From: Pirellulales bacterium
GTDB lineage: Bacteria > Planctomycetota > Planctomycetia > Pirellulales > JAICIG01
Assembly: GCA_040901675.1 (NCBI GenBank)
Contig: JBBDYJ010000032.1
Coordinates: 32,656 to 96,655 of the forward strand
Length of the DNA: 64,000 nucleotides
Direction of reading: 5' to 3'
Under the pieces are notes generated by a model that saw only the letters and a program-made list of their open reading frames with translations, was not told the DNA's origin and did not search any database. The position numbers and the translations under genes are program-made. Shown here piece after piece: positions 19,328 to 28,119 of this stretch (position 1 is its first letter; each line of letters opens with the position of its first letter).

Positions 19328-21784
19328 ATGTCCGCCTATCGCGTTTCGGTCGGGTCCCGATTGATCGGTGCCTGGACGCTGGCTGTTTTGCTGGCCGCCC
19401 AGGCGCAGACGGCCTGGTGCCAGGAGAGCCTGGTCTTGTTGCCCTCCGAGATCACGCTGACCGGTCCCGAGGCGCGGCAGACGCTGCTGGTCGAGCAGTC
19501 GCGGCAGTCGCACTACGTGGGGCAGGTCACCGAGGGGCTCTCGTTCGAATCGAGCAATCCTGAGGTGGCCGTCGTCGAAGACGGGCAACTGCTGCCTCGC
19601 GGCAACGGCCAGGCAACTATTTCGGCCCGCTCGCCGAAGGGCGCGGCCACGGCCACCGTGCACGTGACCGGGATGGACCAGCCGTTCGAGTGGAGCTTCC
19701 GCAACCACGTCCAGAGCGTGCTCTCGAAATCGGGCTGCAACTCGGGCGCCTGCCACGGCGCCCAGGCCGGCAAGAACGGCTTCAAGCTCTCGCTGCGGGG
19801 CTACGACCCGGCGGGCGACTTCCAGGTGATCACGCGGCAGGCGCAGGGCCGCCGGATCGTGCCGAGCGACCCGGGCCGCAGCCTGGTGCTGACCAAGCCG
19901 AGCGGGGCGGTGCCGCACAAGGGCGGCCTGCGTTTCCGCACCAATTCGTTGGAGTACCGCGTGCTGGCGGAGTGGATCGCTTCGGGCACGCCGCCGCCCG
20001 AGGATTCGGACCCGCGGATCGAACGGCTGGAGATCCTGCCGGCGGCCACGGTGCTCAAGCCGGAGATGACGCAGCAGCTCGTGGTGCTGGCCCACTTCAG
20101 CGACGGGCACACGGAGGACGTGACGCGCTGGGCCAAGTACACGGCCACCAACGAGTCGGTCGCCCAGGTCGACGAGACGGGGAACGTGCGGGTGATGGGC
20201 TTCGGCGAGGGCGCCATCACGGCCTGGTACCTGAGCCGCGTGGTGATGGCGACGGTCAGCTCGCCGTACACGACCAGCGTGCCGGCGGAGGTATTTGCAA
20301 AGGCCGAGCGGCGCAACTTCATCGACGACCTGGTGCTGGACAAGCTGGCCAGCCTGAATATCCCGCCCTCGCCGCCGGCCAGGGACGACGAGTTTTTGCG
20401 GCGGGCCTACCTGGACACGATCGGCGTCCTGCCGACCGCCGACGAAGCGCGGGCCTTCCTGGCCGACACGTCGGCCGACAAGCGCGACCGCGTGATCGAG
20501 TGGCTGCTGTCTCGGCCGGAGTACGTGGATTACTGGGCGTACAAGTGGTCCGACCTGCTGCTGGTCAACGGCGAGCGGCTGCGGCCGCCGGCCATGTGGT
20601 CGTACTATTCCTGGATCCGCAACCACGTGGAGGCCAACACGCCCTGGGACGAGATGGTGCGGGAGCTGGTGACGGCCAAGGGGAGCACGCTGGAGAACGG
20701 GGCGGCCAACTTCTTCGTGCTGCACCAGGACCCGCCGGACATGACGGAGACGACCACGGTGGCTTTCCTGGGCATGTCGATCAACTGCGCCCGCTGCCAC
20801 AACCACCCGCTGGAGAAGTGGACCAACAACCAGTACTACGCGATGGCCAACCTGTACGCGCGGGTCCGGTTGAAGACCGTCCCCGGCGACGGCAACGTGG
20901 TCGTGTTCAGCGCTTCGGAAGGCGACCTGGTTCAGCCGCTGACCGGCAAGCCGCAGCCGCCCGCTCCCTTGGACGGCGAAGCGATCGCGCTGGAGGCCGC
21001 CGGCGACCGCCGGCAGCACCTGGCCGACTGGCTCACGTCGCCGGAAAACCCGTATTTCAGCCGGGCGATCACCAACCGGGTGTGGGCCAACTTCATGGGG
21101 GTGGGCCTGGTGGAAATGGTCGACGACATGCGGCTGACCAATCCGCCGAGCAACGAGGAGCTGCTCTCGGCCGCGGCCGGTTACCTGGTCGAGAACCACT
21201 TCGATTTGAAGGCCTTGATGCGGACCATCCTGCAGTCGAAGACCTACCAGCGATCGAGCCTGCCGCTGGCGGAGAACGCCGCGGACCAGCGCTTTTATTC
21301 GCGGTACTATCCGCGGCGGATGATGGCCGAGGTGCTGCTGGACGCGCTGTCGCAGGTCTCTGGCGCAGCGACGAAGCTGGGCGATTACCCGTCCGGCTGG
21401 CGGGCCATGCAGTTGCCTGACTCGACCGTCGACTCGTACTTTTTGAAGACGTTCGGCCGGCCGGATCGGATCGTGACCTGCGAATGCGAACGCACGGCGG
21501 ATCCGTCGATGGTGCAGGTGCTGCACCTCTCGAACGGCGACACGCTGAATGAGAAGCTGCAGGCTGCGGGCAACCGCCTGGAGACGTTGATTGCATCGGG
21601 CACGCCCGACGGCCAGATCGTCGACGAGGCGTACCTGAGCGCTCTGGCGCGCTTGCCGACCGACGACGAACGCAGCCGCCTGTTGGCCGTGCTGGCCGAG
21701 GCCCCCCAGGACAACAAACGGGTCCTGGTCGAGGACCTGTACTGGAGCATCCTCAGCAGCCGCGAGTTTTTGTTCAACCACTAG
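19328..21784 (+). CDS. DUF1549/DUF1553 protein with Ig-like (Big_2) domains
   Basis: SSNPEVAVV, GCNSGACHG, FLRRAYLDTIGVLPT, CARCHNHP, NRVWA.FMGVGLVE, CECER, REFLFNH. Confidence 0.93.
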   Translation: MSAYRVSVGSRLIGAWTLAVLLAAQAQTAWCQESLVLLPSEITLTGPEARQTLLVEQSRQSHYVGQVTEGLSFESSNPEVAVVEDGQLLPRGNGQATISARSPKGAATATVHVTGMDQPFEWSFRNHVQSVLSKSGCNSGACHGAQAGKNGFKLSLRGYDPAGDFQVITRQAQGRRIVPSDPGRSLVLTKPSGAVPHKGGLRFRTNSLEYRVLAEWIASGTPPPEDSDPRIERLEILPAATVLKPEMTQQLVVLAHFSDGHTEDVTRWAKYTATNESVAQVDETGNVRVMGFGEGAITAWYLSRVVMATVSSPYTTSVPAEVFAKAERRNFIDDLVLDKLASLNIPPSPPARDDEFLRRAYLDTIGVLPTADEARAFLADTSADKRDRVIEWLLSRPEYVDYWAYKWSDLLLVNGERLRPPAMWSYYSWIRNHVEANTPWDEMVRELVTAKGSTLENGAANFFVLHQDPPDMTETTTVAFLGMSINCARCHNHPLEKWTNNQYYAMANLYARVRLKTVPGDGNVVVFSASEGDLVQPLTGKPQPPAPLDGEAIALEAAGDRRQHLADWLTSPENPYFSRAITNRVWANFMGVGLVEMVDDMRLTNPPSNEELLSAAAGYLVENHFDLKALMRTILQSKTYQRSSLPLAENAADQRFYSRYYPRRMMAEVLLDALSQVSGAATKLGDYPSGWRAMQLPDSTVDSYFLKTFGRPDRIVTCECERTADPSMVQVLHLSNGDTLNEKLQAAGNRLETLIASGTPDGQIVDEAYLSALARLPTDDERSRLLAVLAEAPQDNKRVLVEDLYWSILSSREFLFNH

Positions 21785-21810
21785 ACGCAGCGGACACTAC
21801 GCAGCGGACC

Positions 21811-24800
21811 ATGAAAACCCTTTACTCACCGCCAAGGTGCTCTGTGATGAAACGACTGTGTGCGCTGGCCATGGTGTGGCTGGCCGCGGCAACCGCGCTG
21901 GCCGAAGAGCCGGCCAAGGAACCGGCGCCGCCCGGCCAGGACTACCAGGCGCCCGAATTCCAGCGCGACATCGCGCCGATCTTCGAGCTGTACTGCGTCG
22001 GTTGTCACGGCGCCGATGCTCCGGAGAGCGGCCTGGTGCTGGAAAGCTTTGAATTGCTGCTCGAAGGCGGCGAAGGAGGCGCGGCGATCGTGGCGGGCAA
22101 GAGCGACCAGAGCCGCTTGCTCTTGATGCTCACCGGCAAGGCCGAGCCAGCCATGCCTCCCGAAGGAAACGAAGCGCCCACCGCCGAAGAGATTGCGCTG
22201 ATCAAGGCCTGGATCGAGGCGGGCGCCAAGGGACCCGATGGCGAAGGCCCTGATCCGACGCGGTTGGTGACGCCGACGGTGGAGCTGAAGGCCCCCGCCC
22301 GGCAGGTGATCAACGCCGCGGCGATCAGCCCTGACGGCAAGCACGCCGCCTTGGCCGGTTATGGCGAGGTGCGCCTCATGGCGCTCGACAGCCGCTCGAC
22401 CGTGCGGACGTTTGCGCCGCACCGGGGCAACGTGACCGACGTCGTCTTTTCCAACGACGGCACGCGGCTGTTGACGGCGGCCGGCGAGCCGGGGTTGTTC
22501 GGCGAAGCGCGGCTGTGGAACGTGGCCGATGGGTCGCTGCTCTTGACGCTGGTGGGCCACGGCGACAGCCTGTATGCGGCGGCGCTCAGCCCCGACGCCA
22601 CGCTGATCGCCACGGCCGGTTACGACCAGAAGATCAAGCTCTGGGACGTGGCCGGCGGCCAGGAGCAGCGGACGCTCGACGGCCACAACGGGGCCGTGTA
22701 CGACCTGGCGTTCAGTCCCAACGGCAAGTTCCTGGCCAGCGCCAGCTCGGACCGCACGGTCAAGTTGTGGGACGTGGCCACGGGCGAGCGGCTCGACACG
22801 TTCGGGCAGCCGCTCAAGGAGCTGTACGCGGTCGCGTTCAGCCCCGACGGACAGCGGGTGGCGGCCGGGGGCGTCGACAACCGCATCCGGGTCTGGCAGA
22901 TCGGCCCCTCGGGGCGCGAGGGTGAAAACAGCCTGTTGTACACGCGGTTTGCCCACGAGGGAGCGATCATCGAGCTGGCCTTCTCTCCTGACGGCGCGAC
23001 GCTGGTCTCGTCGGCCGAGGACCGAACGGTCCGCGTCTGGGAGGCCGCGAGTGTCGAGGAGCGGCGCCTGCTGGAGTTGCAAAGCGACTGGCCGACCGCC
23101 CTGGCGATTGGACCCGACAACAAGACGCTGCTGGTGGGCAGGCTCGACGGCACGCTGGCGATCTACGACGCCACCAGCGGCCAGCCGATGCCGCCGGCCA
23201 GGCCCGAGCTGGCAGCGGCCGAGCCGCGCGGAATCCAGCGCGGGCAGGCGAGCAGCGTGAAGCTGAAGGGCAAGTTCCTGCTCGGCGCCAGCGAAGTCAA
23301 GTCGAACCACGCCGGCCTGGCGGCCGCGGTCAAGCCGGGGGAGCAGACGACGGCGGAAGAGCTTCTGGTCGAGGTGACGCCGGCCGCCGATCTGGCCCGC
23401 GGGCAATACAAGTTGAGCGTTACCACGCCGGGCGGCACGAGCGGCGAATTGACCTTGTACGTCGACGAGCTGCCACAGCTTAGCGAGGCCGGGCCCAACG
23501 ACGGGCTGGATGAGGCGCCCTTGTTGACATTGCCCACCGGCTATTGGGGCCTGCTCGACAAGCCGGGCGATCTCGATCACGTGCGGTTCGAGGCCCGTGC
23601 CGGGCAGACGATCGTCTGCGAGCTGGCGGCCGGCAAGCTCGGCTCTTCGGCGAACGGCGTGCTGACGCTATTGGGTCCGACCGGCGCTGTGGTGGCCAAG
23701 AACAATGACTTCGACAGCCGGGACGATGCCCTGCTGGCCTACCAGGTTCCGGCCGACGGGCAGTACACGGTCCGCGTGAAGGACCTGGCGCACGGTGGCA
23801 GCGAAAAACATTTCTATCGCCTGTCGGTCGGCGAGCTGGCGTACGTCACCGGATGTTATCCTTTGAGCGTTCCGGCCAACCAGGAGACCGAGGTCGAGCT
23901 GGCGGGCTACAATCTGCCGCCCGGCGCCAAGGTGGTGTTGCCGGCGAGCGCGCCCGGCGAGCACCGAGTGCCGCTCGATGCCAACCGCTTCCGCTCCAGC
24001 CGCGAGTTGACCGTGCTGGCCAGCGAAGTGGCGGAGCAACTGGAAGGGGAACCCAACGACCTGCCCGCCGAGGCGACTTCGATCAGCATTTCGGGGAGCA
24101 TCGGCGGCCGGCTCTGGGCCACCCGCGAAGGCCAGCAGGCCGACGCCGACTTGTTCCGCTTCGAGGCCCGGGCGGGCCAGAGCCTGGTGCTGGAGGTCGA
24201 GGCCCAGCGCCGCGGCTCGCCGGTCGACAGCAAGATCGAAGTGCTGGACGTCGAAGGTCGGCCGGTCGAGCGGCTGCTGCTGCAGGCCGTGCGCGACAGC
24301 TACATCGACTTCCGCGGGGTCGACTCCGACGGGGCCGGTCTGCGGCCCAAGAATTGGGAGGAGATGGAGCTCAACGAGTACATGTACCTGCAAGGCGAAG
24401 TGTGCAAGATCTTCCGCATGCCGCAGGGGCCCGATTCCGACACCCTGTTCTACACGCTGGGCGGCAAGCGGCGCTGCTATTTCGATACCAGCCCCACCGC
24501 ACACGCCTTCGAGGAGACCCTGTACATCGTCGAGCCGCACCCGGCCGGCACGGCGCTGGTGCCGAACGGCTTGCCGGTGTTTCCGGTTTACTATGCCAAC
24601 GACGACGACATGGAGCGGAAGCTGGGCCGCGACTCGCGTTTGACGTTCACGGCGCCGGCCGACGGCAGCTACCTGGTGCGGGTGAGCGACGTGCGGGGGT
24701 TTGGCGGCGACCGGTTTGCCTATCGCCTGATCGTCCGCGAGCCACGGCCTGATTTCCAGGTGACGCTGGCCGACGTGAACGCCACGGTCCACGCGGCGAG

Positions 24801-25428
24801 CGGGCGCCGGCTGACATTCAGCGCCAACCGGATCGACGGCTTCGACGGCGACATTGTGATCGACGCCGGCGAGCTGCCCCCCGGTTTCAGCCTTTCGACG
24901 CCGCTGGTGATCGAGGCCGGCCACGTGGAAGCGCGGGCCGTGCTGACCGCGGAAGCGGACGCTTCGCAGCCCACGGCGGAGCAGTGGGCCCAGGTCAAGC
25001 TGACCGCGCGGGCCGATATCGGCGGCAGCCAGGTGGTCAAGGACGTGAACGGTCTGGGCAACGTCAAGCTGGCCGAGAAGCCGAACCTGCTGGTGCGGGT
25101 CGAGCCGGCCGAAGTCGTGATCGCGCCGGGCACCACGGTCACGGCCATGCTGAAGATCGAGCGCAACGGGTTCGACGACCTGCTCAATTTCGACGTCGAT
25201 AATTTGCCGCATGGCGTGATCGTCGACAACATCGGCCTCAACGGCGTGCTGATTCCCGCGGGCCAGACCGAGCGGCAGATCTTCCTGACTGCCGCCAAAT
25301 GGGTGCCCGACACCGACCGGAAGTTCCACGCCGTGGCGTCGAGCGCCGGCGCGCAGGCTTCACCGCCGGTGGTGCTGCACGTCCGTAAGCCGGACACGGT
25401 GGCCCAGGCCTCCGACGGCGGCCAGTGA
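21811..25428 (+). CDS. Planctomycete cytochrome c (PSCyt1) + WD40 propeller + PPC-domain protein
   Basis: F.RDIAPIFE.YCVGCHG; about 7 WD repeats (GH..FSPDG..D.TVKLWD); E.EPND and PPC-type repeats. Confidence 0.9.
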   Translation: MKTLYSPPRCSVMKRLCALAMVWLAAATALAEEPAKEPAPPGQDYQAPEFQRDIAPIFELYCVGCHGADAPESGLVLESFELLLEGGEGGAAIVAGKSDQSRLLLMLTGKAEPAMPPEGNEAPTAEEIALIKAWIEAGAKGPDGEGPDPTRLVTPTVELKAPARQVINAAAISPDGKHAALAGYGEVRLMALDSRSTVRTFAPHRGNVTDVVFSNDGTRLLTAAGEPGLFGEARLWNVADGSLLLTLVGHGDSLYAAALSPDATLIATAGYDQKIKLWDVAGGQEQRTLDGHNGAVYDLAFSPNGKFLASASSDRTVKLWDVATGERLDTFGQPLKELYAVAFSPDGQRVAAGGVDNRIRVWQIGPSGREGENSLLYTRFAHEGAIIELAFSPDGATLVSSAEDRTVRVWEAASVEERRLLELQSDWPTALAIGPDNKTLLVGRLDGTLAIYDATSGQPMPPARPELAAAEPRGIQRGQASSVKLKGKFLLGASEVKSNHAGLAAAVKPGEQTTAEELLVEVTPAADLARGQYKLSVTTPGGTSGELTLYVDELPQLSEAGPNDGLDEAPLLTLPTGYWGLLDKPGDLDHVRFEARAGQTIVCELAAGKLGSSANGVLTLLGPTGAVVAKNNDFDSRDDALLAYQVPADGQYTVRVKDLAHGGSEKHFYRLSVGELAYVTGCYPLSVPANQETEVELAGYNLPPGAKVVLPASAPGEHRVPLDANRFRSSRELTVLASEVAEQLEGEPNDLPAEATSISISGSIGGRLWATREGQQADADLFRFEARAGQSLVLEVEAQRRGSPVDSKIEVLDVEGRPVERLLLQAVRDSYIDFRGVDSDGAGLRPKNWEEMELNEYMYLQGEVCKIFRMPQGPDSDTLFYTLGGKRRCYFDTSPTAHAFEETLYIVEPHPAGTALVPNGLPVFPVYYANDDDMERKLGRDSRLTFTAPADGSYLVRVSDVRGFGGDRFAYRLIVREPRPDFQVTLADVNATVHAASGRRLTFSANRIDGFDGDIVIDAGELPPGFSLSTPLVIEAGHVEARAVLTAEADASQPTAEQWAQVKLTARADIGGSQVVKDVNGLGNVKLAEKPNLLVRVEPAEVVIAPGTTVTAMLKIERNGFDDLLNFDVDNLPHGVIVDNIGLNGVLIPAGQTERQIFLTAAKWVPDTDRKFHAVASSAGAQASPPVVLHVRKPDTVAQASDGGQ

Positions 25429-25441
25429 AAAGGCGCCGTCA

Positions 25442-25849
25442 ATGTACCCGCGACTCTCGATGCGTGAGTTCTGCGACACGGCCGCCCAGGTGATGGCCGA
25501 GCTGCCGGAGCCGTTTCATGAATGGCTCGAAAACGTGGTGGTCGAGGTGGAGCCGACCGCGTCGCCGGCAGTGCGGAAGCGGCTGCGGCTGCGCGGCAGG
25601 CCGCCCATGGGGCTGTTCATAGGCCTGCCGGTCGACGACCAGCGGTACGGGGAGCGCGCGCCGAACCGGATCCTGCTGTTCAAGGACACGATCGAGTCGG
25701 TCTGCCGCTCGAAGGAAGAGGTCAAGTACGAGATTCGCCGCACGGTGCTCCACGAAGTGGCGCACCACTTCGGCTACTCGGAAGAAGACCTGGACGACTT
25801 CGAGGCGCGAGAAAGTCCTTTCGACCAGCCGCACGAGGAGACGCCTTGA
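25442..25849 (+). CDS. Minimal zincin metallopeptidase (Zincin_1/DUF1025-like)
   Basis: MGLF.G.P, PNRILLF, TVLHEVAHHFG (HExxH). Confidence 0.88.
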   Translation: MYPRLSMREFCDTAAQVMAELPEPFHEWLENVVVEVEPTASPAVRKRLRLRGRPPMGLFIGLPVDDQRYGERAPNRILLFKDTIESVCRSKEEVKYEIRRTVLHEVAHHFGYSEEDLDDFEARESPFDQPHEETP

Positions 25850-26026
25850 AGCGCGAGCCGGCCAGTGGACCGCCGACTACCGGCGGTTGCGAGTGGCGGC
25901 CGCCAAAGTGTCGAGTGAATGAGTCCCGGGCCGAATCTGGATTTGGCCGCGGTTGTTATCTTCTTCGGGGGCTTTGGTTTGGGTCGCGCGGCCCAGGGCG
26001 GGCCTGTACCGTTGGGGTCGGCAGCC

Positions 26027-26032
26027 TATAAT
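26027..26032 (+). promoter_or_regulatory. -10 box TATAAT, probable leaderless transcript
   Basis: Perfect TATAAT 7 nt before the ATG at 26040; no Shine-Dalgarno sequence. Confidence 0.55.
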
Positions 26033-26039
26033 CGGCGAA

Positions 26040-27422
26040 ATGGACCCGCCTCAAGCGACCGTCGGCAGCCTCGCTCCTGCCTTTGATTTGCCTTGCACCC
26101 CAGCCGGCCGGGCGTCGCTGGCCGATTACCGCGGCCGGTGGCTGATGCTGATTTTTTATCCGCGCGATTTTTCGCTGGTCTGCCCCACCGAGCTATCGGC
26201 GATCAGCGCCCGGATCGACCAGTTCAACCGGCAGGGATGCGGCGTGCTGGGGATCAGCTCCGACAGCATCGAATCGCACCTGCGATGGATCGGGACTCCC
26301 AAGTCCCAGGGAGGCCTGGGGGGATTGAAGTTTCCGCTGGCCAGCGACACCGACGGCGGCGTTTGCCGCTCGTACGGGGTGTTTCTCGAGCACCAGCACG
26401 TGGCGCTGCGGGGCCTGTTCATCATCGACCCCAACGGCGTGTTGCAGTACCAGGTGGTCCATAACACGAGCGTGGGGCGGCGGACCGACGAGCTCTTGCG
26501 GGTGCTGGCCGCCCTGCAGACCGGGGGCTTGTGCGCGGAGAACTGGAGCCCGGAACAGGCACCGATGGACGCCGCTGGGCTGGTGCAGCCGGGGAGCATG
26601 ATCTCGCACTACCGCATCGAGCGCCACGTCGGCGACGGGGCGTTTGCCACGGTCTTCCAGGCGCAGGACACGACGCTGTTGCGCATGGTGGCCATCAAAG
26701 TGGTCAAGGCCACCAGCCCCATGGCGCCGGGGGCCGTGCTGGCCGAGGCCCGGGCGGCCGCCGCTTTGAACCATCCCAACGTGTGCACGATCTATTCGGT
26801 CGACGACAGCGAAGGGGTGCCGGTGATCGCGATGGAGTATCTCTCCGGCAAGCCGCTGTCCCGGCTGGTTGGCGAGGAGCGGTTGTCGGGCGAGACGGCC
26901 GCGGGGATCGTGCGGCAGGTGGCCGCCGGGATGGCGGCGGCGCACGCGCTGGGCGTGGTACACGGCGACCTGAAGCCGGCCAACGTGATGATCACGGACG
27001 AAGGCGTGGCCAAGATCCTCGATTTCGGCCTGGCCCGCCGCGAGCTGCCCCAGGCGGATCCTGAAGAAACGACCGACCTGGCATCGCCCAGCTCGGGGGT
27101 GACCGGCACTCCCAGCTACATGTCGCCCGAGCAGGCCGACGGCCAGCCGCCCACGGCGGCCAGCGACGTCTTTTCGCTGGGGGCCATCCTCTACGAGATG
27201 CTGACGGGCCGCCGGGCGTTTGCCGGCGACAACGTGCTGCGGGTGTTGAGCCGCATCCGGTCGGTCGATGCCGAGTCGCTGGCGGCCGACGTGGACGAGC
27301 CATTTTCGTCGCTGTTGCGTGAGGCCTTGGTGCGCGAGCCTGATCGCCGGACGATCAGCATGTCGCAGATCGGCGACCGCATGGCGGCAGTGCTGAACTC
27401 CACGAGCGCCTTGGCTGGGTGA
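26040..27422 (+). CDS. Peroxiredoxin (AhpC/Prx1-type) fused to a Hanks-type Ser/Thr protein kinase
   Basis: N-terminus: APAF, FYPRDFSLVCPTE, ALRGLFIIDP, VGRR.DE.LR, GLCAENW. C-terminus: GDGAFATV, VAIK, HPNV, HGDLKPAN, DFG, GTPSYMSPE, SDVFSLG. One continuous frame. Confidence 0.93.
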   Translation: MDPPQATVGSLAPAFDLPCTPAGRASLADYRGRWLMLIFYPRDFSLVCPTELSAISARIDQFNRQGCGVLGISSDSIESHLRWIGTPKSQGGLGGLKFPLASDTDGGVCRSYGVFLEHQHVALRGLFIIDPNGVLQYQVVHNTSVGRRTDELLRVLAALQTGGLCAENWSPEQAPMDAAGLVQPGSMISHYRIERHVGDGAFATVFQAQDTTLLRMVAIKVVKATSPMAPGAVLAEARAAAALNHPNVCTIYSVDDSEGVPVIAMEYLSGKPLSRLVGEERLSGETAAGIVRQVAAGMAAAHALGVVHGDLKPANVMITDEGVAKILDFGLARRELPQADPEETTDLASPSSGVTGTPSYMSPEQADGQPPTAASDVFSLGAILYEMLTGRRAFAGDNVLRVLSRIRSVDAESLAADVDEPFSSLLREALVREPDRRTISMSQIGDRMAAVLNSTSALAG

Positions 27423-27454
27423 GGGCGAGGAGGTGGGGGTTTCGCTCTTGGGCC

Positions 27455-27511
27455 GGGTGGCTGGGGCAAAGCGGACTTCGGCGAGCTCAGTCGAGTCGTA
27501 GCGTGCCCCAG
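27455..27511 (+). repeat. Palindromic repeat copy 3 with an internal insertion
   Basis: GGGTGGCTGGGGCAAAGCG-[GACTTCGGCGAGCTCAGTCGAGTC]-GTAGCGTGCCCCAG. Confidence 0.75.
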
Positions 27512-27571
27512 TCTTGCCGTGGACCCCATGGCGTTAGCTGGCTTCCGACAAAAACGAAAGACAACGCAAGT

Positions 27572-27970
27572 TTGGAGGCAGCACTGCGCCCTTACCAACC
27601 TGGCGGCCCGTCCAAGACCTGGATCGAGTTGAGTAATGCCCTGTATGGTATGGGCGGCAAGTGCGGCGAGCTATTCCCTACGGCGTCTGACCGGGCCAGG
27701 TTTGCCAAGACTCCGGAGTACAAGGAAATCGCCGAGATACTGGCAGCCTTGCCAGGCGCCAGGAGCGAGGATGTGCCCAGCGGTCAACTGAGGGTGAGGA
27801 TGCCCAGGTCAATCCATGCGGCGCTGATCGAAGAGGCAAAGGCCGAAGGCGTCAGCTTGAACCAATTGATCCTTTCCAAAATCAGCTTCCAACTCCGTGG
27901 CCAGACGGAGTGGAAGGCAGAAGGCAGAAGGCAGAAGGTAGAAGGAAGGAAGACGGCCGCCCGGCTGTAG
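27572..27970 (+). CDS. HicB-like antitoxin / RHH DNA-binding protein, orphan and possibly degenerate
   Basis: SGQLRVRMPRSIHAALIEEAKAEGVSLNQLI is a HicB C-terminal RHH motif. Start unclear (TTG at 27572). The C-terminus reads through a heptamer array. Confidence 0.7.
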   Translation: MEAALRPYQPGGPSKTWIELSNALYGMGGKCGELFPTASDRARFAKTPEYKEIAEILAALPGARSEDVPSGQLRVRMPRSIHAALIEEAKAEGVSLNQLILSKISFQLRGQTEWKAEGRRQKVEGRKTAARL

Positions 27971-28119
27971 CGTGCTCCCAGTCTGTGTCTCCCAGCCCAT
28001 GCCGCCGCGCGGCTCGCTGAATTCGGGCGAATTCACGTGCGGCGAGCCTCGACCTTTGATCTTTCCACCTCCTCAGCCCTATTCCTCCTTCTGCCTTCCT
28101 CCTTCCTGCTTCTGCCTTC
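27912..28119. repeat. Two oppositely oriented GAAGGCA-type heptamer arrays (27912-27950 and 28083-28119) around partial REP copies
   Basis: GAAGGCA x4-5 on +; CCTTCTG/CCTTCCT array abutting the stop of the next gene; partial REP CTGAATTCGGGCGAATTCAC at about 28017. Confidence 0.7.

Noticed and set aside
21786..21810. 14-bp-period direct repeat ACGCAGCGGAC as an operator or target-site duplication
   Set aside because: Only two copies, inside an operon junction with no element between them; most likely a slippage duplication.
10251..25329. Long antisense ORFs (e.g. 10251..12590, 19280..21781, 21826..23580, 23668..25329)
   Set aside because: Shadow ORFs of high-GC genes with clear motifs on the opposite strand. 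The same applies to 2364..3965, 6558..8423 and 56492..58600.
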